From NCBI GenBank assembly GCA_964304625.1, contig OZ199840.1, positions 321,912 to 385,911 of the forward strand: DNA of 64,000 nt, given 5' to 3'. Of the stretch, positions 13,217 to 26,300 are shown piece by piece; the stretch's first letter is position 1, and every line of letters begins with the position of its first letter. A program made the position numbers and the translations under genes. The notes below the pieces were generated by a model. The model searched no databases. It was not told the origin of the DNA and saw only the letters and a list, made by a program, of their open reading frames with translations. Source of the stretch: Kudoa neothunni. Lineage: Eukaryota > Animalia > Cnidaria.

Positions 13217-15776
13217 TGTAATGAGGGAGTATCCAGCTCCAAAAATTCGGCATCTTCCCGTGCACGCGCATTCCAATTGTGTTATAATTTAATTTAACAC
13301 ATTTTTAAAATATTGAGTGATCACAAATCAGACCAAAATTTTTATTCTGAAGAGTTGCAAAAAATCTCACTTCGGCAACAATCGGACAGCGCGCAATGTA
13401 ATGCTCATACCTTTTCATAACCTTTTTCAGCCTAATTTGTCATAAATAATTCATGAAATTTATATTTCTAATTTTTATAATATTATCAAATATGTTCTGT
13501 GAATTATTAATGAAATTGGACCGGAAGGATATATGTCAGTTATTTATTGTGTTTTTTAACCTTAAGTTTTCATTTTTTACGTTAACGACTCTTAATTGTT
13601 ACTTATAAATTTATTATTTAGTTCATATATTTTTTTGGTGTATTAATATTAAATATATAACGGTATACCGAATAAACCATATTGAAGAAATTGAAAACCT
13701 TATGATATTAAAAACAATATAATGAATAATTCGTTAACTATTTATAATTAGATTATAAACAAGTCCAAAATAAAATATTTAGTGTTGATTTGTACAAATA
13801 TATAAACTACTTTGAGGAACGATCCGTGATAACTATAATTCATAATTAATGTATTGCATAATCATATTGATTATCAAGACTGAGAAACAATTGTGAGTCA
13901 AAAATAAAAAAATTTGTTTTTCTTAAAAAATTTCATAATCTAATTTCATTTATAAGGAAAAATTATTTTTTCATTAATAAAGCCTTAACGGTAAATCATA
14001 AACATATATTTTAATTTATTATCATTAAACGAAAATAAGCGAGAAACCTCAAATATATTTATTGCAAATATAATTTTAATTTTTAGTTAATACTAATACG
14101 GTAAAATCTAAAGTTTTCTTAAGTTTTTTGACAAATAGCAGTATATAAAAGATGAAAGGAATCAAAACACAAATATTTTGTTTTACTAGCTATTATTTAA
14201 TTAGTAAATAGTAGCGATCGCTGGTTAAAATATATTCGAAGAAATTCCAATATCATTTATGAACGGAACGCTGACCATGATTCATGTAGGTTGGAATCCA
14301 GCTGATTTCGTGGTACACCGCTCATTTTCCGAATGAGTTTTGTTTTGAGATGATGCCACACAACCTCGACCGTATTAGTATGGTAACCCTCTGGAGTGAC
14401 ATACTCTTTAGAATGATTAACGGTTATATAGTTATAGCCGTAAATTCGGAGAGAGGTATACCCCAACCACTTGTCAGTATAGATTGTAGTCCCGTTTTCA
14501 ACTTCCTGTAAGACGAGTTGGGTCAACGTTCGTTTATCCCTTTTTTCGACAATAAAAAATCTAGATTCTAACAATTTGCGTTTGTCATCATCTACAGAGC
14601 ATTCGCAAATGCCAACAAACCCAAGGGGCGTTTATTCTGTAACCATACCATTCATTTCTCCGCTGACTTCTCAAAGGAGTCGCTTCACGGAATAACCTAA
14701 TCCTTAAGAAATGGTTAGGGCTGGCCAACCATCTGTCCATGCTTAAAAATCTTCCCCGGTTATTTTTACGGCGACCCCTTAATAAACATTCGTCAATTTC
14801 GACGATTCGATTTTCTCCGCCCATTTGCTCGCGTCGTTGGAACATTTTATAACAAATACTCCACAACGCTGAATACCAAAATGTAACGGTTTTCTCGGTT
14901 ATTTGAGTTAATGCCACCACCTTGCATCTTTGCTCTTCAATACACCAAAGTTATATTAACTCAAATAGCTGAGACACTGTTAATTTGGATACATTCGTCC
15001 CCATCGCGTTATTGATGCCAAAGAAGGTAGAGGTCCTGGGTGAAAAATGCGTTCTACAGTCGCTCTTAAAAATAATATTTTAAAAACTATACATAAAATA
15101 AAAGTCCTTTGAACATGTATACGAGTATTTCTCAATATCATCGTCACAAAGATCGATTGAAGTATTGTTTCTTTTCTCGTTGTAACTTGGAGGCGTAGAG
15201 TGTTATACCTGTGGCAATTCTTGCACCGAGCAGGTGTTTTTTGTAATAGACCCTTATTCGCTAGGTAAGTAAATAGAGCACTCACGTTAAACAAAAGTTT
15301 ATAAAATTGACGCTGAAGTGAAAATTCCGCCATCGAAAAAACTTTTGTTAATCGGATTAAATTATAAAAAAATATAAATTTTTAAATTTAATGTGAGATA
15401 GAAATATATCAGTTACTATTACATCTATAATTATTGAAAATTCAAAACACCGCTAAATAAAATATCTCCTATCCTGTGTGATTCTTTAATCGCGGGAACA
15501 TATTTGATAATATTATAAACATTAGAAATATAAATTTCATGAATTATTTATGACAAATTAGGTTGAAAAAGGTTATGAAAAGGTATGAGCATTACATTGC
15601 GCGCTGTCCGATTGTTGCCGAAGTGAGATTTTTTGCAACTCTTTAGAATAAAAATTTTGGTCTGATTTGTGATTACTCAATATTTTAAAAATGTGTTAAA
15701 TTAAATTATAACACAATTGGAATACGCGTGCAAGGGAAGATGCCGAATTTTTGGAACTGGATACTCCCTCATTACC
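13217..15776 (-). mobile_element. Merlin (IS1016/ISXO2-like) DNA transposon with about 280-bp TIRs, frameshifted transposase
   Basis: Near-identical inverted repeats 13217-13497 and 15496-15776; ORFs 15333-14257 with VEIDE, TTIYTD.W.GY, VNHS...GYHTNTVE..W. Confidence 0.9.
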
Positions 15777-16863
15777 GTGTCCTTTATGTTTAAAAGAGGG
15801 AAATTTCTGTTTTTAAGGTCCATACTCTACTTAGGACTTTACCCATACTAACTATCGTACATTCTTGTAATAGAGCATACTTGTAAAATGAGATTTAATG
15901 TCCTCTAAAAAGCTCCTAAATTGCCTATATAAAAGGACTCTCGATCTTATCACATTAGCGGCACACTTTACAGGGTCCAAAACGTGCTTGAATTTCAATG
16001 AAGATTTACACAAGCTTTCTTGATGTTTAATACAATGAAATGACAAAATTTTGTGTGATGAGAAATCTTCATTGATTTTACCATTCATCAGTTTTATTAA
16101 CCTGGAGTGTTTTCCAACGAGTGAAGGCCCTCCATCAGTAGTGACACTGGTGAGTTTGTCCAAGTTTAAACCAGAACAGTTCCAACTATTCATAACGCTA
16201 TCAAAAAAATCTTGTCCAGTTGTTGTGTTCTTCAAGTATTCGAGTGATAAGCGCTCCTCGGTAGTTTCGAAATTATGGTCAATTCCTTTTACAAAAATGA
16301 GTAATTGAGTGGTATCGGCAGCATCTTCACGTTCGTTCAAACTAATAGAATTGTACTCAAGGTTGGCAATTTTTTTGAACAAAATTTCTTGTGCATATTT
16401 GAGATATATTTTCAATCCGTCGAACAATCGTTCTTCGTGATAGAGGAATAGCTTCAATTTTTGTGATGACTTGAGGACATAAAACACTCATTAATAAACT
16501 CTACATCCGAGAATGCCTTGTTATGTTTCGCAAAGTTGTGGGAAAATATAAAGCTAATCGATGTTGCATCTCCTTGTATAGATGTTTTTCAAAATGAATT
16601 TTGTTGGGGTTTTAAATTTTGTACCATATCAGATGACTTCTTTTTCAATTCTTCCTGGGACAAGTTGCAGCCAAAATTGGAATGCTCGGTTTGATAATGG
16701 CGCCTCAAGTTGTATTTTTTGTACACAGCGATTGTGTCACGACAAATCAAACATACATCCTATTATTGATGCTGGTGAAAAAGTACTTCTCAATCCACTC
16801 GTGATTGAAACTTTGACATTCATCTTCAATTTTTATTTTTGTAGATAGATTGAAACTAGCCAT
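15777..16863 (-). pseudogene. Buster/SPIN-type hAT transposase remnant (GTF2IRD2-like), truncated by the Merlin element
   Basis: DTTQLLIFVKG, TTTGQDFF, VTTDGGPSLVGK, FHCIKHQESLC, ..VR*L. Confidence 0.8.
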
Positions 16864-17639
16864 CTCAACAAACTTTTAAAAACGAAGGTTTCATAATAAG
16901 TATAAAAGGGGTAACCGATGTTTTTAATGTCATCTTTCGGCAGATTCATCACCTTTTTTTGAGAGTGATTTGTTTTGTTAGTTTACATCACTTAATTATA
17001 GTAATAAAATTTATCTCTGTGTATATAAAATCAGAAACAATTCGAATAGAAAAATGCTCATCGATGAGTCGATCCATGAATACCGATTGAACGAAGTCTA
17101 CATTACGATATTAAAAGTTGGAAGACAATAATTTATAGTGATCTTATCACAATTAATCAGCTCCTCAGGACAAATAAGGAGAGATTTTCTAATTTTTATG
17201 ACCGATGTTATCTATTAGATATTTGAGGTCATTATTAATATATATATAGTCCTTTTTTAGAACACCCCCTTTATAGCTCAAATGTAAAAGTTAATATTTG
17301 GAAATTACATTATGAAATGAAACGATTTTTAATGAAATTATTTCCTATTTTTTTAACTATATTCTCTCTTAGGATGATCGTTTGTAGCAATATTATAATT
17401 TTAATACTTCATTCACTTATGCATGCCGTTTGTGATGAATTATTTTAAACTATTAAATACAATGCACATTTAAGTTCTTTAAACTAAAATAAACATTTTA
17501 ATTATGAGAATTAGGAACATAATTTTAAATTTATCAGAAACAAAAATAAAATTTTTGGCGACTGATGTTGGAGTCTCTCTCAGGCCGCAGTTTTCCCACC
17601 TCTGGACTGTAACATCAACAAAAACAATGGATTAAGTAT

Positions 17640-19404
17640 GATTACAAAATTTTGGTATCCGAAAAGTTTGCTCTTTGGAGATGCGAAGAAATGTATCCAA
17701 GGGTTAGAAATTACAACATAAAACTACGATGAAACAATTTTTATGTTACACAACCGATACAACAATATTATGGGAATAAAATCAAATCATTATATGCTGA
17801 TAAACAAGATCAAACCTGCAGTAAACAATATTAAATCCATTAATCAAACATTTAACGATATAGAAGTTAACGTCAGATCGTTGGAACCATGGGGGAGAAG
17901 ACCAATTCACTACAATTGGTATCCTTGATATTGAGAAAATTACCATACGAAATCACAAGCCAAATACTACTTGCTAACGATGGTAAAAAATTACAATTGA
18001 GACCTCAGAGAAGAAGTAAACAAGCTGATAGTTGTAAAAGATACAGCTGAGATGTGCTGTTACAATTATGTCAGAAGTTAGGACGGGAAGAAAACATCGT
18101 CCACATTCTCCACCACAACAGAAAACCTGTGCCTATTGTCATGGTGGTCATTGGTCTGATGAATGTACATTGTACTCAACGCTAGATCTAAAAAAGAGAA
18201 ACTAAATGATAAGTGTTTTAATTGCTTGAAAAGTGGACACAAAATACAACTTTTCTTGAGGAAAAAACCATGTTATCATTGTAAAAAAATCAAAGGTACA
18301 CCATTCAAGCCGTTGTGAAATAAAATATCCGTCTACAGAAAATTCAACCACATTGCTAAACACCAAGCAAAACACTCGCCCACAAATAGCAAAAATAACG
18401 CTAAGAAATCCTGAAAATCCACAACTTAACGTTCCTGCCTCTGTTCTGTTTGGTACTGGTAGCGAAAATTTTAAACCATAAAGTTTTGAAAAAAGAATCC
18501 ATCCACCTGTACACATTTGCTACCACCAAATCGCAAACGATAGAGAGCCAACTAATGGAATTCCTAATCGATACCATAAAGGTTCGAAACGCGTTCACGC
18601 TAATTCTACAAAGAAAATTACATATCCAGTATGTCACCAGCAAATTCCCATCAGTGTAATCAAACAATTGGATAATAATGTTATACGGATTAATGCGAGC
18701 AAGTACCAAATGATTCATATAGATGTTCTCATCGGTATGGACTACTTTGGGAAATTGTGAGATATGTGAAGGAGCAATTGGCACCGGGATTATATATACT
18801 TGATACTGATGTTGGAAACGTCTTAGCTGGCAGAATAAACCCCTCAAATTTAAAAAAGGAAAAACGCTCAACCGTTTTACTCTGTACAAACACTCACAAT
18901 GAAACATATTCCATGGTATTTAATTAAGATTCAAATGATGATAAAAATATTGAATAATTTTGGGCTGTGGAATCGATTGGTATAAAAGACCTAGACGATA
19001 ACGAACAGTATGACTTGGAAATCCAATTTGAACAGAATATCAAAAAAATGGGAAAAGATACACAGTATCACTTCACTGGAGAAAGAATAGTAAAATTCAA
19101 TCAATCAACCAACCTCAATCTATCGAAGGGTAGACTGATTAATTTGGTTAGAAGAATCAAGGGTCACATGAAATTGATAAAATAATATGTGAATGTTATC
19201 CAAACTCAATCAACAATAGGTATTATTGAAAACGTTTCAGACGAAAAGGCGTTGCCAAAAAACTCTCATTATATCCCACATCATCATGTTTTCTCCAACA
19301 GCGGCACTATAAAATTACGCATAGTTTTCGACTCTTCTGCGAGAGTCAATAACCGTATTTACAGTTTAAATCAATGTCTCTACAAAGGTCCGATTGTCAT
19401 AGGG
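17640..19404 (+). mobile_element. BEL/Pao LTR retrotransposon remnant (gag, Zn knuckles, protease, start of RT)
   Basis: SGDAKKCIQGL..NY, CAYCHGGHWSDEC, CFNCLKSGH, DVLIGMDYF, YIPHHHV..KLRIVFDSSA..SLNQCLYKGP; many stops. Confidence 0.85.
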
Positions 19405-20410
19405 CATTTTGTAAACCTCGATGTTTTAAAAATAATGCCTACTTTGCCAGTCGCTTACGAATATTCAAAAAAAGCTTGGTTGAATGGAGCCATCTTTAGG
19501 ATATATCTGTTAAAAATGAATAGTTTTTTTCAGGAGTAAAGACAAAAAAGCACTCCTATTTGTCGACAATGCAAGTTGTCATATTCATTCCTACCTAAGT
19601 AATATCACTCTCGAGTATCTACCCAAGAATAGTACGAGTGTGTTGCAGCTCTTGATCAAGAGAATATTCGTTCCTTTAAGGTTTCGTACATCTCAAAATT
19701 GATACAAAGGAATATTGCGTATGTTGAAGCCGAAATGACTCCTAACCCTCCAGACCCTCTAGATCAGCGTATCCCAACTAAAATTGGACTCACACCCCCA
19801 TTTTTTGACAAAACGAAATTCGCACCCCTTTGCATACGATAAGGCGTAACTGATTAAAAATTTATCAAGAATTATTTTCAATTTTAATCGGATCTAGCAC
19901 CACCTGAGACCATAGTTCGCACCCCCAGTTGGGAACCCCTGCTCTAGATGCTTTGATGATGATAAAAAATGTTTGACATGATGTTAATCAGCGGACTGTC
20001 ATTAATTTTTTTGAAAATGCTGGTTTTATCAAACAAGATACAAATATTTTAAATGAAGTCAACATCACTCAAGCAAATGAAAGGATAGAGCCTGAATTGT
20101 CTTTGCAAATCGACGAAATAATGAACGAGGAAGATCAGGAACAAACTAAAGCTGATTTTGAAGATTTCGAACAATATTCTGATAAACCGGATAATAAATA
20201 AGATAAGGGGTTCCAACTCGAAGTAGAAGACAGTGTCACTTCAAAATACGCACTAGAGTTTATAAATAAATTGGAAAACTATTTTAGAACTAATAGACTT
20301 TAACATTATGGACTTCTTCTGAATATTGAAGAAAACGTTGTTGGAAACATAAACAAAAATTTAGTTCAAACGAAAATAACAAACTTCTTCCCAAAAAAAT
20401 TGGATAAATC
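19405..20410 (+). mobile_element. Tigger transposase 3' remnant fused to the BEL fragment
   Basis: SKKAWLNGAIF, LLFVDNASCH, LPKNSTSVLQ, C-terminal QTKITNFF. Confidence 0.75.
19765..19941. mobile_element. 177-bp hAT MITE
   Basis: Ends CAGCGTATCCCAAC / GTTGGGAACCCCTG; perfect 8-bp TSD CTCTAGAT (19757-19764, 19942-19949). Confidence 0.9.
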
Positions 20411-20978
20411 GTAGTATAAATTTTTTTATTTTGTGTATTTTTTGGAGATAATAAATGTGGTTTAAAAGAGTATTTTCGAAGATATATTTAAAGAGCAAGG
20501 TCGATTAAATTAAGTCAAATCGCGCATTAAGTTATTACAATCTCGTCTCGAATATTCACATGATTTCCGCTCACTCTCAGTAATATTTGGAATTTTTAAA
20601 TTAGACCTTCATCGGATAGTTACGATAATACATTGAAATGAACAAAATTTATGCATAAGGATAGAAAACAACCAAGAATATAAATGAAGAAAATAAATAT
20701 ACGCATGCGCACAATAATACGTAAAATCCGTCAATCACTGTCACTGTATTGTTCGGTAATATTCAATTAATTGTCTCTAAAAACCAACATGTACTTAAAA
20801 GGCCGATATATTTAGATTTCTTCAGATCGAAGATCAGTTCGGCCAAAAAATTTAAAATTGTGATTTCGTTCGTTTTTACTTGTAACAATTTTTGTTTGTG
20901 TGAGCGAACACGAACGAAACTTACAAATTTGCCATTGCTGGTTGACTTACTTGAAAACTATTAATACATTATTTTGTG

Positions 20979-22461
20979 CAGTGTTTTCGTACAAATTTTA
21001 CAACCGTACCCCCACCCTAATTTCCGCGTTCATTTCGCATCCCCTTCTCCATGTGAATGTCAAGACTCGATTATAGTTTTTCTTTAAGTGCAAAAATAAT
21101 AATACCAATGAAGAATGCCTTAAAATCATATTTATATTATTTTAGTTTATATTTTTATTCCAAATTTCCCCAATTCTAAAATAAATTAAAACTAAAATGT
21201 TTTGGTTAACTCAACTTGTTATGTATAACTGAAAGAGGATGAACATTGTCTTTTCACTCCTCATGACTCAACACCCAATGATTGGAGTCTTTATTCATTC
21301 CTGCTCATATATACCATTTTTATGTAAAGCAATAAATAATTCTAATAAATTATGTTATTATAATTATTCCAAAATATTAGACTCAAAAAATAAATAAAAG
21401 AGTGATACTAAACTATAAAAAATGTGGTCGCTTAGTAAGTTTTGGACTTAAAGGTGAAAATTAAATAAACTAATAAAGATAACCAATTCGTATAGTTCAC
21501 AAGAAACATTATTTCGAAATCAATTGTCATTTAGTATTTATTTGATCTGGAGGCTCTCTTGTTCTCGCCGGGCTTTCATAAGTAATTCAAAGCAGGACAT
21601 TTTATTGGATTATGAAACATGAAAATCGTTTCCGGGGTTTTATGAATTCCAATACTTATTATTTGTATATAACGAAGTCGATAAGCTTGTTTTATATATT
21701 ATCTAGTGCTGAATATATCTAGCGACTTTCATATTCTATATTGGGTCGTATGTTAACTTAAATTTTGAGACAATGAGTTACTAAAAATTTAATAGATTCA
21801 AAAAATATGTCTTCTAAATGTAATTGAATAAAAATAACTAATATACATTGTTAAAACTGTCATTCATTTACTTATGTGTATAAATGAATACTTGTCCCTT
21901 GATTAACCTATATTCTAAAGAACAATTTCGCTTAGATTTATATCAGAGTAAAGATACAAATTCTAAAGTAAAACTTGAAACGTAACAATGAAAACTACAC
22001 AATTAAATGATGGATCTCAAATTTAGACAGAAGACCAAGTTAAAATTACATCGTGATTTTATTTTCATGGATATAGATTATTTCTAAATAGATAAAAATG
22101 CTGAAAACCTAGTTATAGCTTAATCATATAAATATGTTATTCTGAAAGATAACAAGGTTACGATTTTACATGAAAATAGCGATAGTTAGATTTTGTAAGC
22201 TGAACAGGCTTAATATAAACTAGTACCTTAGTGTGCTATTTCGTAAAATCAAACAGAATACGTTATACATTAAATAAATTATCATATCCCATTTTTTGAA
22301 TCGAAACTAATCGATATCAAAACAACTAGAAATATTATTGTACGCATTACGTTCTTACATGATTTAAACGGGGACTAGCTAAAATTACGAAGTGAATATA
22401 TTAAGGTTAATTTTTAAATGTATTCCAGAATGACTCCCGCACCCCTTGTAGGGAAAACCTG
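20979..22461 (+). mobile_element. About 1.45-kb non-autonomous hAT-like element, copy R1
   Basis: Collinear with 28368-29812 and the reverse complement of 47659-49059; ends CAGTGTTTTCGTAC / GTAGGGAAAACCTG. Confidence 0.8.
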
Positions 22462-23209
22462 CTTTAATGGATGAGTAATAATTAAAAATACTTATTTAAT
22501 GTCTTTAACGTTTTTATTTTATTTTCATTGAAACAAAAACGAAAATCGACGCACTAATTTAGCAATATTGTGAATGTAAAACGTACGAATCGATAAAATT
22601 AATGTTTCAAAGTTTACTTGATTACTATGCTTCTAATATTTTTAAATTCTTAATTATTTAAATCTATAAATTAAGTTTATTAGCTCTAATTTTTAATCTA
22701 GTTGGTTTAATTGATTTGATACTAGAGATTTAAAATATTGCGACAATAATTACCATTCGTTAGACATTTTCCAGCATCTAATACAGTATTTTAACTGGTT
22801 ATGTATTTATCTTCAATTGTAGTTAATAAAGAATCAATAAAAAAATTTAAAACTCGACCAATGAACACCTTAATAGCATCTACACAATTAGACTATGATT
22901 AAATAATTAAACTATGAATTGTATACTTGATAAAATTGTAATTCTTAATTATATTCATAAATGTAGTCAACATTGCGATTTTTGTGAATTATACAATAGA
23001 AAACGAAGGTTCGTAATCCCATTGTCGGCCCCAAAACTGATATATACTAAATCCTGCCACGGAAATCGGTTTCCTGTTTCACATTCACATTCGAATACAG
23101 ATTCATTATTTGCTTATGCTCATATTATTTTCGTTTGGTCTTTATACCCGGTTTTCGAAAAAAATTGTTTAATAACTTGAGTAATTAGTACCTAGCCTAA
23201 GTTTTGCTA

Positions 23210-23304
23210 TCTGACAATGAATGAATCACTATTTCTATAAATGGGTGAAATTCGGATCAATTGTATTCCGAACCAACAATTGGTTGGCCATTTAATTGTC
23301 AAAA
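23210..23304 (+). promoter_or_regulatory. Conserved upstream element (copy 2)
   Basis: Same approximately 95-bp block as the other four copies, directly before the ATG. Confidence 0.65.
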
Positions 23305-26300
23305 ATGAAAATATCTGGATTTCTCTACCTTGTTCTAGGTATTTTTCTGGGTTAATATAATATCAATGTAAGTTTAGGTGTTATAATATCAAGCATAACC
23401 AATGCTAATTCAAGTCCTCAAGCTACACCTGCAGCTCCAAGGAAGACGCTAAAATACCAGATTGTGAAAACTTCAGATGGTAACACAAATGTAATTAAAC
23501 TCAATCTTGGAGGCTCTGATTACGATGCCGGCCCAAAGTGCCGTATAATGCGATCCAACGAGGAGGAAATTTCAATTGCTACTAGTAGTACACCAACAGC
23601 TGAGTTTAAAGACATCAATAGCTGCAGTGATAATGACCAAAATGAAGCTGCTACAAATAAATGCGTGGTCGGTTGTAATACCGATGTTAACACTATTGAA
23701 TACGATAAGCTGTCACCAAGAACCAAATACATTTACGTCTACGTAGGTGCTACCGTACAGGCTGTTACAGGGGAAGATGAAAAAAAAGGGGGGAAAGTAT
23801 TCGGATATTCAATACGTAAATCAATTTAATTTAATATGAAAATCAATTTAATTTAGCATTATTGGCTAATCCACAAATTAGCGTGTCCACGCACACAGGT
23901 AGTAGTGTCGTAAATAAGCTGAAATTCGCAGCAAAAACATGTGCACCTGTAGATTGTCCTATTTATTATAAAGACATAAAATATGATGATGGTACCGCAG
24001 GGACCACTTGTGTTGAAGAAAATACTAAAAATATAGTTGATTATGATTTATTGTTACCTCATTACGAAGTGAGATGCGGAAAATATCCCAGTTTCTTTTA
24101 CAATATGCCCAATCAATATATGAAGAAAACCATAGCAATTTATCAGCCTCAGTTTTATGCTGTTGCAAAAACTGGAGACAAAGTGGGAATTAAATTCACT
24201 AATTCGCTATCATCTGAAATCTGTCTTTTCAGTCTTAAAAATGGTGAAAGTGCAGGAAATAATGAAAAATATACGTCCATTTGTGGTGGAACTGACAAGA
24301 GTTGTTATGCTCCATGTAAGTACGTCGAACTTAATGGCATTGCGAGGAAAAAGATTTATAAAATTTTAATCAAAACAAGGCATCACGACATTGAAGATAC
24401 TAGTGGTGATTTGAAAGGTTACGAACAAATTAAATATGGTAATACTTACATTAAAGAGAATTTTTTATTATTTTCTTTAGCGATTACTGAACCAGAAGGT
24501 GGATTGCTTTCTTCTTACACCAATGTTGGCGTTACGTTTGATGGTACTGTATTTCAAGGAAAAACTAATCCAACATTCACTACGTGTACTCTTAAACACT
24601 ATTTGGCAGACATAATCAAATCAGGATCTCCAACTGAAACAACATGCGACACTAGCAGTAAAAGGGAAGAATCTAGTGATAATAAATGCAAAACTGATTG
24701 CTCAAAATTGGTAATTGAGGGACTTTCAGCAGGAAAAGCGTACGTGATTGAGATTACATTTGATGGAATTAATGATCCAAGTGGTTTTAAAGAACATATA
24801 TTCATAAGAACAGGTAAATCAGTATATATATTTTATAAAATAACGAATTATATATAGCAAAGGGAACAGGTAAAGAGTATGGAACAACTGATCCTACAAA
24901 AACAGACACAACAGTCTCTCTTACAGCTATGGCTGGGCTTTCATCGGGAGAAAAGAAAGATGAACCTACTTGTGAGTATTTAATAAGTCCGACCGGATTA
25001 GATAGCTTTTTCCACGCGAAATGTAATGGCAACACCCCATGTAGAGGAATTTGCAGTGAACAAGTTACGATAGAAGACCTCGAGCCAAACAAACCTTATG
25101 ACATCAGGGTGATTGCACATAAGGATTACGACATAAAAGATTACACAAATATACAAACAGGTTATTGAAATTATAATTTACTCTTTAAATTCTTAATAGC
25201 ATTAACAACATTAACGATAACACACAAGATCACATTGGATGGTTTGTCATTGAAGGCAAGATTAAATTCCGTGGATCCAACTGCAACTTGTAGTTATGTC
25301 GTACAAAAGAAGACTGGTAACGATTACACAGACTATTACACATGTCCTGTGGTATCGAAAGTAACGACACCTGTTACCGCCCCAGTGGTACCACCACCCC
25401 CTTCAGTTGCTCCTCCCAGTTTAAGTTCAGCAGGTCTCAACATAGCTAGAATTGTTGTGCCAATGGTAGCAGATGGTGGCCCAATGACAGCAGCGAAATC
25501 TTCTGTTCCGGGTACTCCAGATACACAGCTTGCTGATGTCGCGAACAGCACAAACACATGTTCTTCAAATCCCCTTTGCAGTTCCATAACATTTCCCGAG
25601 TATGAAGCAGCAAATACATACAAAATTTTAGTCACAGCTATCGGAAAATCTTCACAACAAGAGCATATCATAGAACCAAGTATTACAATTAATGCTTCAA
25701 TTAATGTCTCTATTAAGAATTGTTTAAACGAAACTTATATTAGGTGCACCAAAAGTAAACCCAACTGACTCCTCAAAATTGATATCAGTCGTCATTACAC
25801 GTGATGGGAACAGTTTCATTGTAACCACCACACTTCCAGCCACTATGAACGATAAATCAAAATGCAAATGGGAGTTACGTAACAGCAGTGTCAAGTCAAA
25901 TGCGGTAGTAAAATCTTGCATGAGAAGAAACGTAGACAGATGTGCTGCCTTTGTGACCTGTAAAGAATTCAAAATAAATAATTTACCTGATGGAAATGAT
26001 TATTATTTGACTGTTTACAGTGTCGAAGATGATACAATTTTTGGCGGTGCTGACATTCAACAAGGTATATTATTTGTTACCAATATAATTAAATGTTATA
26101 TATCGTAGGAGCAAAGAGTAGCTCAGGGTGAGTTAAGTAATATTTTTTTATTTTATTAAATATTTTTTAGGAATAAAACCAAACTTATGTAAACATTTTT
26201 AAATGTTGATATTTGAATTAACTGATTTTAGAATCATTATTGCATGCGTTGCTGTGGTTGTGGTTATTGCAATAGTTGGCATCGTGGTATTGAAGAAGAA

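Noticed and set aside
18967-19539. Apparent RT-transposase fusion ORF
   Set aside because: Deletion junction between dead BEL and Tigger fragments; the surrounding frames are full of stops.
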